Below, piece after piece: positions 1-9,352 of a stretch of DNA of 64,000 nucleotides. Numbering within the stretch: the stretch's first letter is position 1; each line of letters begins with the position of its first letter. The notes under the pieces were generated by a model that saw only the letters and a list, made by a program, of their open reading frames with translations, did no database searches and was not told the origin of the DNA. Source of the DNA: an uncultured Bacillales bacterium (GTDB taxonomy: Bacteria > Bacillota_I > Bacilli_A > RFN20 > CAG-826); NCBI GenBank assembly GCA_946409515.1, contig CAMJWS010000003.1:60012-124011 (forward strand). Direction: 5' to 3'. The translations under genes were made by a program, and so were the position numbers.

Positions 1-116
1 AATCTAAAATAAAGAAGTAGATATTTTTGTAGCAGATTATTAATAACAAATCGTCTTATTACCAGAGGTTATCTGGCGCTTTTATAAATATAAAGCAAGT
101 GATAAGATATGTAAGC

Positions 117-2162
117 ATGAAGAAAGAAACGTTCATCAACATTTTTAAGAAGTACTTCCCATATGCAGTTATTGTTATTGCAACTATTCTTTCTTGCTTT
201 GTTTATGTTTGTAATGGGCTTGCCGGTGGGGACGATATTGGTTTCCATTTAGGTATGGTTAACGATTTAATCTATGGTTTTGACCATGGTTATTTTGGTT
301 ATTCTACGAATCACTTATTCATTGGTGGCTTTGCTTTATATAATTTTGCATATTATGGTCCAGTTACCCACTACGGGGCGGCCATTTTTACATATCTGTT
401 TAGATGGATGGGTGCCACTCCTACTGATGGCTTAAAATTCATGATTTTCGCTAGTGGAATTTTAGGTGGCATTTATATGTATAAACTAGCCCTTAAGATG
501 GCTAATGGTCGTTCCGCTATCGCGGTTGTTTGTTCAATTATCTTCCTATTACTTCCTTATCGTATTTTCTGTGCTTTGGCGAGATGTGCTTTTGCAGAAA
601 GTGTTGCCATGGCTCTTATTCCAATGGTTTTCTATGGTGTATATAGCTTTATTCACGATGAAGAATATCGCGTTGAACCATATGTCGCATTCGCTAGTGG
701 CGCAATTCTTATTGTTTTATCTCATCCATTCACCGCTTTAGTCACCGTGATGTTTGGTGTTTTATATGTTTTATTTAATGTTAAAGGTGTCATCGCTAAA
801 CTACGCGATAAACGCGCGCTTATCTCTCTAGGTGCAGCGGTAGTAATCATCATTCTTTGCGTTTTATTCTATGTTTTAAATAGCCACCACTATGAATCAA
901 TGGGCATTTATAATCTTTCAGATGCGGAAAGACAGTGGACTACCTATGAATTCATTTCAGAAGATACTATTAGATCTTTCCAATTCAGTGGCTTTATTAA
1001 CTATATCTATATCAGTGGTCGTCAAAGTGATCCAGTTTGGGCGAAGGACACTATTTCTTCCTTGATATTCAGCACTATTGTTTATGTTATATCAATGACT
1101 TTGGCTGTTTTAGTGGATAAGTTATTAGCCAACTTAAAATACAGTAAGTTCTATAAGCATCCTGCTAGTTGTATCGTGGCTTATGCTTTTCCTCTTATCT
1201 TCCAAGTTAGAGTGGAAGTCTATTTAGCCATTCTTATTTCCTTAATTCTTTACTTCTTTATTTCGTTCTTAGTTAAGAAGTTACCAGATAGTTCTAAGAA
1301 ATATGCTCCTTTATATAAGAGTGTGGATTTATATTTCTTAATTATTGCTTTAATCATTACCCTCGCGCTTATTTTTGTCCCTTGGGCTTGGAAACTAGTG
1401 CCTCCTATTATGTATAAAGGCCAATTCCCATGGAGAATGTATAGCGTGCTTTCATTCCTTATTGCGATGTTAGCCGCTCTTATCTTCTCAAGACTTAAAA
1501 CAAATAAGATTGCTCTCACTATTGTGTCCGTTATCGCCTGCGGTTTAATGACTATGACAATGGGCACTACTGAAAAGAGAGTGATATTTGAACACAATCC
1601 AACCGCTATTATTGTTCAAGATGGAGAACAATTCGCCAAAGATATTAAGTATTCTGGTGCGCAAAACGAAATGATGCCACAAGTATTCTACGATGATTCA
1701 TATGAGCCTAAATATCCATCTAATACTTTGTATTACACAGTAAGAAGCCGTGTTTGGTCTCAACAAAACTTTATCTACGATTTAGATAGTTATATTAAAC
1801 CAGCTGTCTTAGAAGGTAGCGGTAATGTTGATATCTATGAATACGATAATCCTAATAATAAATTCCACGTGGAAATCACTAGTGAAACCGCTTTAGTGCA
1901 GTTCCCACAGTTCTACTATGATACTTATGAAGTTAAACAAGACGGTAAAACCATTAGTAAAGTACAAAATGTTGATGGTTTAATCGCCTTCACCTTAAAA
2001 CAAGGTACTTATGATATCGCCTTATCATTTAAGCCATATAAGACCTATCAAGCCACAATTCCATTATTTTATATAGGCGCGTTCTTATTGGCCTCTGGTG
2101 GCGTATTTGGCTATATATATCGTAAGAAATTAATGAAACCTGCTACTGCTATAGAAGAATAA
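117..2162 (+). CDS. Large polytopic membrane protein, YfhO-related / GT-C-type glycosyltransferase-like, with a C-terminal extracytoplasmic domain. The track start at GTG 99 is less likely than ATG 117.
   Basis: More than 10 predicted TM helices. A GGDDIGFHLG acidic motif sits in the first loop, as in GT-C / YfhO-family proteins. The C-terminal ~250 aa are soluble. A second YfhO-family paralog lies at 57623..60739. Confidence 0.45.
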   Translation: MKKETFINIFKKYFPYAVIVIATILSCFVYVCNGLAGGDDIGFHLGMVNDLIYGFDHGYFGYSTNHLFIGGFALYNFAYYGPVTHYGAAIFTYLFRWMGATPTDGLKFMIFASGILGGIYMYKLALKMANGRSAIAVVCSIIFLLLPYRIFCALARCAFAESVAMALIPMVFYGVYSFIHDEEYRVEPYVAFASGAILIVLSHPFTALVTVMFGVLYVLFNVKGVIAKLRDKRALISLGAAVVIIILCVLFYVLNSHHYESMGIYNLSDAERQWTTYEFISEDTIRSFQFSGFINYIYISGRQSDPVWAKDTISSLIFSTIVYVISMTLAVLVDKLLANLKYSKFYKHPASCIVAYAFPLIFQVRVEVYLAILISLILYFFISFLVKKLPDSSKKYAPLYKSVDLYFLIIALIITLALIFVPWAWKLVPPIMYKGQFPWRMYSVLSFLIAMLAALIFSRLKTNKIALTIVSVIACGLMTMTMGTTEKRVIFEHNPTAIIVQDGEQFAKDIKYSGAQNEMMPQVFYDDSYEPKYPSNTLYYTVRSRVWSQQNFIYDLDSYIKPAVLEGSGNVDIYEYDNPNNKFHVEITSETALVQFPQFYYDTYEVKQDGKTISKVQNVDGLIAFTLKQGTYDIALSFKPYKTYQATIPLFYIGAFLLASGGVFGYIYRKKLMKPATAIEE

Positions 2163-3986
2163 TTATATGCTGGCTATTTTCTTATCGATAAAGCCATCAA
2201 GTAAATCATATAACGCTAAATATTTATCTTCTAATGGCCCAACATGGCTACCTAATTCCATAACATCACCATTAGCGGTATATTTATCCCAAGTTGGTAA
2301 GCCCTCGCCATTTGGATTACCATTTTTAGCGAAGTTAGACCAATAACTAACCATAATCTTTTCTAATTGATAATCATTTTCATCATAAGCGAACGACTTA
2401 TTTTGTCTTTCTAAATTGCCATAGCAATAAGGCATCTCACCGGAATGATAAGTGCCGTGGAAGCCGTTTTCTTTAGTGAATTGATATCGATAAACATCTA
2501 GGCCATTATTAGCCGCGACATTACTCCAAGAATGATGAGGCTGAATAAACCAATAAACGGATATGATTTCATTAAAGGCTTCAAAAGCATTCTCTTCGAT
2601 TCTACTTTTATAAAGGTCATAGATCTTTTCACCATATTCTTTATCAAAATAATCAATTAAACGTTGTTTAGCGTTGCTCTTATTTGTTGGAGAGAATAAG
2701 AAAGTTGGTACGACGAAAGCATCGGCTTCTTTAACGTTATAACCGTTTAATAAAGCTTCTTCGTTATTTTCTCCATCGAGATAGACTTGATACGGATCTT
2801 TAGTTAAAGCATAACCATCAAGCATCATTTCTGAATTCTTGTATTTTGTGTTCACTAATCTAGTCGCAGGAATCTTTCTTAATTCCTCAATAGAAGAACA
2901 ATTAAATTCTTTTAAGATGTTATTACTAATCTTATAAGCATCATCCATTGTTCGATATGTATGAGGAGCGCGTTTAATTACTAGAGAAGATGATTCCCCG
3001 ATTGCTCTTTTAAATAGATTCTTCGCTAATGGGGAAGCGCATATCGCGGAAACACTAGAACTACCAGCGCTTTCACCAGCGATTGTAATGTTATTCTTAT
3101 CCCCACCAAAGTTAGCGGCGTTTTCGTTGATCCATTTAAGAGCAAATATTTGATCTAATAAGCCATAATTACCTGTTGTGGCATGTCCCTCTTCCTCTAA
3201 AGCTTCCACTTTTAAATCAGGATGAGCAAAATAGCCAAAGATATTAAGACGGTATTGAATAGTAATCATGATGACACCAGTTTTAGCGATGGATTCACCG
3301 TTATAACTTTCAGAAGAACCAGAACCCGTAGTTAAAGAACCACCATGAATATAAACTAAGATTGGTAAATCTGTTTGAGTGGTATTTGGTCGCCAAATAT
3401 TAAGATATAAGCCATCTTCACTTTTTTCTTGAAGTGGTTGCATTTGGTAATTTGGGTGCCAGCCTTTTTCAGAATAGATGTCCACAAGCGAACCAATAAC
3501 AGGACTTTTATCTGGCTGCATATTTCTTGGACCAAAATAACTACTATCTCTTATACCTTCCCAAGTATAGGCTTTAGGGAATTTCCATCTTTCCGCTTTT
3601 GCGTATGGTATCCCAGCGTAGATTTGCACTGTTTTATCTTTGTTATAAATACCTTTAACTTTACCTTCATTAAGGTTCAAAGGTTCCGCAATTACTTCAG
3701 GATTAGAATAATAAGCAGCACTTTTCTTAATGACTGTTGGTTGGCTAAATGAAATAAAGGCCACTGTAAGGCTAAAAAAGCCAACCCATGTAAATAATCT
3801 AAATATAAATTTTCGGTTCCTAAAAAGCACTCTAACGGTAAAGAAAGCCACTAGTAGGACTAGTTCTGAGATGAAAAACACTAATGGACCATTAGCAAGG
3901 TCAAAATAAAACACTAATAAGGCGGCGATTAATGTCCAGCCTATGGGGAATAATATCCAAAATAATAAATGATTCTTCTTTTTCAT
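2163..3986 (-). CDS. Type-B carboxylesterase/lipase (para-nitrobenzyl-esterase-like) with an N-terminal membrane anchor of ~3 TM segments.
   Basis: The G-E-S-A-G nucleophile-elbow motif (GESAGSSSV), an oxyanion-hole region (IHGGS) and the overall length fit the COesterase family. The N-terminal hydrophobic segments are consistent with a membrane anchor. Confidence 0.75.
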   Translation of the reverse strand: MKKKNHLLFWILFPIGWTLIAALLVFYFDLANGPLVFFISELVLLVAFFTVRVLFRNRKFIFRLFTWVGFFSLTVAFISFSQPTVIKKSAAYYSNPEVIAEPLNLNEGKVKGIYNKDKTVQIYAGIPYAKAERWKFPKAYTWEGIRDSSYFGPRNMQPDKSPVIGSLVDIYSEKGWHPNYQMQPLQEKSEDGLYLNIWRPNTTQTDLPILVYIHGGSLTTGSGSSESYNGESIAKTGVIMITIQYRLNIFGYFAHPDLKVEALEEEGHATTGNYGLLDQIFALKWINENAANFGGDKNNITIAGESAGSSSVSAICASPLAKNLFKRAIGESSSLVIKRAPHTYRTMDDAYKISNNILKEFNCSSIEELRKIPATRLVNTKYKNSEMMLDGYALTKDPYQVYLDGENNEEALLNGYNVKEADAFVVPTFLFSPTNKSNAKQRLIDYFDKEYGEKIYDLYKSRIEENAFEAFNEIISVYWFIQPHHSWSNVAANNGLDVYRYQFTKENGFHGTYHSGEMPYCYGNLERQNKSFAYDENDYQLEKIMVSYWSNFAKNGNPNGEGLPTWDKYTANGDVMELGSHVGPLEDKYLALYDLLDGFIDKKIASI

Positions 3987-4009
3987 ACAAACATTATGGC
4001 TTAAAAGAA

Positions 4010-4040
4010 AAAGGCTGACAATTAATCAGCCTTTAAATTT
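4010..4040 (-). terminator. Rho-independent terminator at the end of the opp operon.
   Basis: Read on the minus strand: AAAGGCTGA / TCAGCCTTT 9-bp stem, 7-nt loop, followed by a T-rich tract, immediately 3' of the oppF stop. Confidence 0.55.
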
Positions 4041-5270
4041 TTATTTCTTTTCGTTTAAGACCTTGCGATATTTCTCAAGTTCTTCGGTATTAGCCATAAC
4101 GAAGTGCCCAGGAGTGATTTCTACGAGGCTTGGAGCTTCTTTAGAATAATCATGCTCATTAGCAGGAACATAGATGTATCTCTTTCTTTCCTTTTCACTT
4201 AATGGGTCTGGCTTTGGAATCGCAGAGAGTAACGCTTTGGTATATGGATGTAATGGGTGGGCAAATAATTCATCACTACTTGCTAGCTCAACGATATTAC
4301 CGAAGTACATGACAGCGATTCTATCGCAGAAGTACTTAACAACGGATAAGTCATGAGCAATAAACATAATGGTTAAGCCCATTTCTTCTTTTAAGTTATT
4401 TAATAAGTTGATGATTTGGGCTCTAATAGACACGTCAAGCGCGGAAATTGGTTCATCGCAGATGAGGAAGTCTGGATTCATAATTAACGCTCTTGCGATG
4501 CCAATACGTTGACGTTGACCACCAGAGAATTCATGTGGATAACGAGAAGCATATTCTGGTAATAAACCGACCTTAATTAATGCTTCTCTCACTTTTTGCG
4601 AGTTTTCAAACGCATTGTATTGACCTTGGATGTGTAAACCTTCTTGAATGATATCTTCAACGGTCATACGTGGGTCAAGAGAATCAACAGGATCTTGGAA
4701 GATCATTTGCATCTTGCTCATTAACTTCTTATCAACATGTTTGTTGTCATAGTTATGTTGAGCAATCTTCTCTTTTTCGTGTTTAACGATGAGGGCCAAT
4801 TCTTCTTTGAGCTTGGCGATTTCAGCGTTATATTGCGCTTGAATTTTAGCGGTTTCACTAGCGATGAATTCTTGATTACCTTGTTCGTCAACAAGAGCTT
4901 TAATCTTTTCATTCATCTCAAGCTTGAGATCTTTGATTTTACGTCTAGTTTTAATTCTCTTCCATTTGATTTCTTTTTCATTCCATCTATTGCCAGCGAC
5001 AATACGATAGCCTTTGAAATAAACAGAACCAGAAGTAGCCTTATAAAGTCTAATTAAGGTTCTACCAGTTGTGGTTTTACCACAGCCTGATTCACCAACG
5101 ATACCAAAACATTCACCCTTTTTAATATCGAAACTGATATTATGGACAGCTTTAGTAACGAAAGCGCTTTTACCGTGACCGAACTTAAAGAATTGCTTTA
5201 AGTGTCTGACAGATAATTCGATGTTATTTTCCACTAGTTCAGGAAGATAAGTAACTGTTCTTTTAGCCAT
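4041..5270 (-). CDS. oppF: Oligopeptide ABC transporter ATP-binding protein OppF, with a ~100-aa Lys/Glu-rich coiled-coil insertion between Walker A and the Q-loop.
   Basis: Walker A GESGCGKTT, ABC signature FSGGQRQR, Walker B LICDEP and the C-terminal Opp D/F oligopeptide domain are present. It is the last gene of the opp cluster. Confidence 0.85.
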   Translation of the reverse strand: MAKRTVTYLPELVENNIELSVRHLKQFFKFGHGKSAFVTKAVHNISFDIKKGECFGIVGESGCGKTTTGRTLIRLYKATSGSVYFKGYRIVAGNRWNEKEIKWKRIKTRRKIKDLKLEMNEKIKALVDEQGNQEFIASETAKIQAQYNAEIAKLKEELALIVKHEKEKIAQHNYDNKHVDKKLMSKMQMIFQDPVDSLDPRMTVEDIIQEGLHIQGQYNAFENSQKVREALIKVGLLPEYASRYPHEFSGGQRQRIGIARALIMNPDFLICDEPISALDVSIRAQIINLLNNLKEEMGLTIMFIAHDLSVVKYFCDRIAVMYFGNIVELASSDELFAHPLHPYTKALLSAIPKPDPLSEKERKRYIYVPANEHDYSKEAPSLVEITPGHFVMANTEELEKYRKVLNEKK

Positions 5271-5272
5271 AA

Positions 5273-7204
5273 TTACTCTTTACCTCCTTTTTTAGTTTTT
5301 TTAGCGTATTCTTTTGCTTCTTTAAAGACTTGTTCGGAATGTTGTTCCATTTCAAGATCACTAGAAGATTTAGCAACTCCGCCTGTTTCTAAAGGATTGC
5401 TAACATTAGAGATATCTTCTTTAGCTGCCTTTTTACTCTTTTGTGCTTTTCTAGCCTTATGAGCAGCTAAGGAAGCTTCAATACGAGTCTTAACAATCGC
5501 AGGCATTTCCACTTTTGGTGCTCTTGGGTCTAATAACCAAGTAGCAGCATAGTGAGTATCACTAACCTTGAAATATGGAGGTTCTTTCTTAAAGTCGATC
5601 TTCATCGCATATTTACTACGTAAGGCGAAGGCATCACCCTTAGGTGGGAAGACAAGGTTTGGTGGAGTACCAGGGATGGCTTCCAATCTTTCCTTACTAT
5701 CAACGTCAGGGATAGATGATAATAACGCCCATGTATATGGATGCTTTGGATCGTAGAAGATTTCTTCTTCTTTACCATATTCAACGATTTTACCAGCATA
5801 CATAACTGCGACACGGTCCGCCATATTGGCGACAACGCCTAAGTCGTGAGTAATGAAGATAACTGAGATGTTTCTTTCAGCTTTTAAACGATTAATTAAT
5901 TCAAGGATTTGGGCTTGAATGGTCACGTCTAAAGCTGTGGTTGGTTCGTCACAGATTAAGATATCTGGATTAGCGGTTAAAGCAATTGCAATAACAATAC
6001 GTTGTCTCATACCGCCAGAAAATTCAAATGGATATTGTTTGAATCTTTTTTCTGGGAATGGGATACCGACTTCTTCCATAACCTTAAGCGCTCTTTGTTT
6101 GGCTTCGGCTTTGGTGATTTTAATCTTTGAGATGTACTTATCCTTAGCAGTCTTTTTATCGACGCCATCTCTAAGGTCTTGTTCGTATTCAGCGCGGTAT
6201 TGTTTTTTAACTTCCGCAACTTTAGCGTTAGCTTCTTTATTCTTTGCTAAATATTTAGCCTTAGCTTCCGCGATGATTGGTTTATATTTAGCTGTTAATT
6301 CTTTGCTATTAGCGTTCTTATGAGCTTTAGCGTCTGCAATCTTTTTATCAAAGTCCGCTTTAATTCTTGTTAACTCTTCTTTATTAGCAGCTTTCTTTTC
6401 TTCAGCGGCTTTAAGAATTTCTGCTTTCTTAGCAGCATACTTTTCATCAGCGGCTTTTAATTCAGCTGACTTTTGTTCTTTTAAGGAAGCAATCTTATTG
6501 TTAACATCTTCGACGGTTTCTTCGCTATTTTCGATTTGTTGGCCGTTTTTGAAAGCGGTAAGTTTTTCATTTTCTTTAGCGAGTAATTCATCGTAGTTAT
6601 GCTTAATGTGAACTTTTTCTAGACCATAGTCTAATTTCAAAGCATAAACAGCACCATCAGTTTCGTTCTTAACGATGGTTTTAATTTTTTCGACTTCTTT
6701 TTTCTTTTCACTCTTTAAGAATTTGACGGTTTCTTTGCCTTTATTGAGTTCGCTCTTATACGCTGTAATCGCATTCTTATAAGCAACGAATTCCTCGGCA
6801 ACGAGTTCTTCTCTCATCTTCTTTAAGTGATTACCATTTAATAACATGGCTTCGGTAATTTGTTTACCGATTCTCATGATTGGGTTTAAAGATGATAATG
6901 GATCTTGGAAGATCATACCAATCTTATGGCCTCTGATACGATGGAATTCATCCTCAGAAACCTTGGTTAAATCTTCACCTTCGTACATGATAGAGCCGTC
7001 AACGATACGACCGTTTGCGGCTAAAATACCCATGATGGTTTTACTAGTAACAGATTTACCTGAACCAGATTCACCAACGATACATAGTGTTTCACCTTTA
7101 TATAAGTCGAACGAAACGCCTCTAACCGCTTGGACGTAGCCGTGGTCTGTGGAGAAGTTTACACGTAAATCTTTAACGGATAATACAACTTGTTTATTTT
7201 CCAT
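5273..7204 (-). CDS. oppD: Oligopeptide ABC transporter ATP-binding protein OppD, with a ~270-aa K/E/A-rich coiled-coil insertion and a ~100-aa basic C-terminal tail.
   Basis: Walker A GESGSGKS, signature FSGGMRQR, Walker B ILICDEPTTALD and a His-switch are present. The insert lies between Walker A and the signature motif. The oppF RBS lies inside its last codons. Confidence 0.85.
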   Translation of the reverse strand: MENKQVVLSVKDLRVNFSTDHGYVQAVRGVSFDLYKGETLCIVGESGSGKSVTSKTIMGILAANGRIVDGSIMYEGEDLTKVSEDEFHRIRGHKIGMIFQDPLSSLNPIMRIGKQITEAMLLNGNHLKKMREELVAEEFVAYKNAITAYKSELNKGKETVKFLKSEKKKEVEKIKTIVKNETDGAVYALKLDYGLEKVHIKHNYDELLAKENEKLTAFKNGQQIENSEETVEDVNNKIASLKEQKSAELKAADEKYAAKKAEILKAAEEKKAANKEELTRIKADFDKKIADAKAHKNANSKELTAKYKPIIAEAKAKYLAKNKEANAKVAEVKKQYRAEYEQDLRDGVDKKTAKDKYISKIKITKAEAKQRALKVMEEVGIPFPEKRFKQYPFEFSGGMRQRIVIAIALTANPDILICDEPTTALDVTIQAQILELINRLKAERNISVIFITHDLGVVANMADRVAVMYAGKIVEYGKEEEIFYDPKHPYTWALLSSIPDVDSKERLEAIPGTPPNLVFPPKGDAFALRSKYAMKIDFKKEPPYFKVSDTHYAATWLLDPRAPKVEMPAIVKTRIEASLAAHKARKAQKSKKAAKEDISNVSNPLETGGVAKSSSDLEMEQHSEQVFKEAKEYAKKTKKGGKE

Positions 7205-7205
7205 A

Positions 7206-9350
7206 TTAGTCTTCTCCTTTCAAACTTGGGTTAACAGCGTCTCTTAAGCCATTACCAAATAAGTTAAATGAAATCATTAATAACGCAATGATAATGGATG
7301 GAAATAAGAGTAAGTATGGGTGACCACTCAACCACTTTTGGTTATCAGATAAGATAACACCTAATGATGAGACGTTTTGTAAGCCTAAACCTAAATAGGC
7401 GATATTAGCTTCGCTGAAGATGAAGCCTGGGATAATCAAAACTTCTGCAGTGATGATTGTGCCTAAACCATTAGGGAAGATGTGCTTAGCAATTAATCTA
7501 GCGTCACTTGCGCCCAATGTACGTGAGGCAAGAACATATTCTCGGCCTCTAAATCTATAGAACTGTGTTCTGGTTAAGGAAGCAGTGCCAATCCAACCGG
7601 TCATACACATCGCCATAACAAACATTGGCAACGTTGAACCCCAGTGAAGAATGAGAAGTGTCATTAACACGAGGAATGGAATACGACCCAAGACATCAGT
7701 AATTCTTTCCATGATTAAGTCGACGTTACCACCGAAATAACCAGAGATAGAACCCCAAATAACACCAAACGTGAAACAGATGAGGAATGTAAGGGTAGCG
7801 ACAAATAAGGATGTTCTTAAGCCTTCAAAAACATACTTAAGCATATCTCTACCAGATTCATCTGTACCCATAAGGAATCTTGGCATTTTAGAATAGCCAA
7901 ACTTTTTATAGCGGCAAACTGTGGCTTTACAGACAATTTCACCAACTGCGATACCACTAGAGTTTGGTGTTGGGTAGACAAAGTCATCGATGGTTAATGG
8001 TTTGGTAATTGGACATTTTTCTGCATCTAAAATTTGGCATGTAAAGTTATTAACATCAAGATACATACCTAATGTGTCCATATCTTGAAGTGTGGAATCA
8101 CCAAGTGGAGTTTTGAAAGACATCCAACCATTCTTTTGATATCTTAAAAGGTCTTTAATGGAGAAGTTAGTATCAACGGCAACACCATATTTAGCTTCAT
8201 ATGTGTCATAAACAAATGAGCAGAAGTATGCTTGGGAGAGATAGATGGCTCTAAGACCAGTACTGCTCCAGTAAGCATATTTATCATCTGATGACTTGGT
8301 TAATGCTTTGGTGGCATCAGTGAAGGACATGTCATTGAAAATGGCTTTCGTTTCTTCTTCAGCAAAGTTGCTTTCGAAAGCAAGGCCACCGATAAGGCTA
8401 CAAACAAAGCGATCTTCACCTGATGTGGCCATCTTAACAGCAAAACGTGCTTTTTCAAAAGAGGTTTTACCGGTTTGTGTAGTAATGATATTACCGATAT
8501 CAACTTTATCAGTTTTATAGGAAGCGACTGCACTACCGATATTATGTATTTTAGCGTAGTCAACTAATTGAACTTCTTGTTTTGTATCACCTTCATAATA
8601 AGAGAAGAATAAGGCGCTATCGCCAAGAACATAATCAGTTGGAAGGCCGAAATCTTTCTTGCCTTCTTTGATTTGAATCTTTTCAGCGTCATATGTATCA
8701 AAGACACTGAGATATAAACTATCTGCAGTTAATTCTAATGTTGGAATTTCTTGAGAAGAGAATTCAATAAAATCATTGCCTTTGAGTTCTTTTCTATCGA
8801 AGCCAAATTGCACATAGCCTTCTTTACCGAATGTACCTAAATTAGAAAGACTGTTGACATATGTTAAGTCAGTGAATTTCTTTTTAGAAATAGCGGAACG
8901 TTGCTTATAGATATCTGTATTTGGCCACCAGTGCTCTTGTCTTTCTTCTTCAGTTGAAGCGTTTGGCATTTCAGAAATATCAACAGCAATGTTGTTATAT
9001 TTTTCTGTACCATCCCAAAAGCCAGTACCAGCATTGAATAATTTTGGGGAAAGGAAAATTTCATCTGGGTGAGGATCTTTAATGTTGCTTGTATCAACGA
9101 TTGGAATAACGACTGATAAGAGCACTAAAGTACCCAAAATGAAAGTAGCGGCCACAGATGATTTATTCTTTTTGAATCTTCTGAAGGCGTCTTTAGCAAA
9201 TGTTGTTGGTTTTGTTTGGAACTTTTGTTCGTGAATTGTGGAATCAACTTCCGTTAATGTAAAGTCATCATCGGTAATCTCTTCTTCCACTTCCTCGTTT
9301 GTGTTAACAGGGGTTTCTTCAACGAATTCGAAATCTTTATCTTCTAACAT
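7206..9350 (-). CDS. oppC: Oligopeptide ABC transporter permease OppC, with a ~400-aa extracytoplasmic insertion after TM1.
   Basis: The C-terminal ~270 aa are a typical ABC type-1 permease core (TM helices, EAA-like loop). The N-terminal acidic cytoplasmic segment, TM1 and the large loop are not found in canonical OppC. Confidence 0.8.
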   Translation of the reverse strand: MLEDKDFEFVEETPVNTNEEVEEEITDDDFTLTEVDSTIHEQKFQTKPTTFAKDAFRRFKKNKSSVAATFILGTLVLLSVVIPIVDTSNIKDPHPDEIFLSPKLFNAGTGFWDGTEKYNNIAVDISEMPNASTEEERQEHWWPNTDIYKQRSAISKKKFTDLTYVNSLSNLGTFGKEGYVQFGFDRKELKGNDFIEFSSQEIPTLELTADSLYLSVFDTYDAEKIQIKEGKKDFGLPTDYVLGDSALFFSYYEGDTKQEVQLVDYAKIHNIGSAVASYKTDKVDIGNIITTQTGKTSFEKARFAVKMATSGEDRFVCSLIGGLAFESNFAEEETKAIFNDMSFTDATKALTKSSDDKYAYWSSTGLRAIYLSQAYFCSFVYDTYEAKYGVAVDTNFSIKDLLRYQKNGWMSFKTPLGDSTLQDMDTLGMYLDVNNFTCQILDAEKCPITKPLTIDDFVYPTPNSSGIAVGEIVCKATVCRYKKFGYSKMPRFLMGTDESGRDMLKYVFEGLRTSLFVATLTFLICFTFGVIWGSISGYFGGNVDLIMERITDVLGRIPFLVLMTLLILHWGSTLPMFVMAMCMTGWIGTASLTRTQFYRFRGREYVLASRTLGASDARLIAKHIFPNGLGTIITAEVLIIPGFIFSEANIAYLGLGLQNVSSLGVILSDNQKWLSGHPYLLLFPSIIIALLMISFNLFGNGLRDAVNPSLKGED

Positions 9351-9352
9351 AA

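Noticed and set aside
3429-3752. Numerous small nested ORFs, for example 505..741, 1250..1597, 3429..3752, 8296..8563, 16220..16675 and 61586..62191.
   Set aside because: All lie wholly inside longer, well-supported genes on the opposite strand or in another frame. They have AT-rich, codon-biased spurious composition and no RBS.
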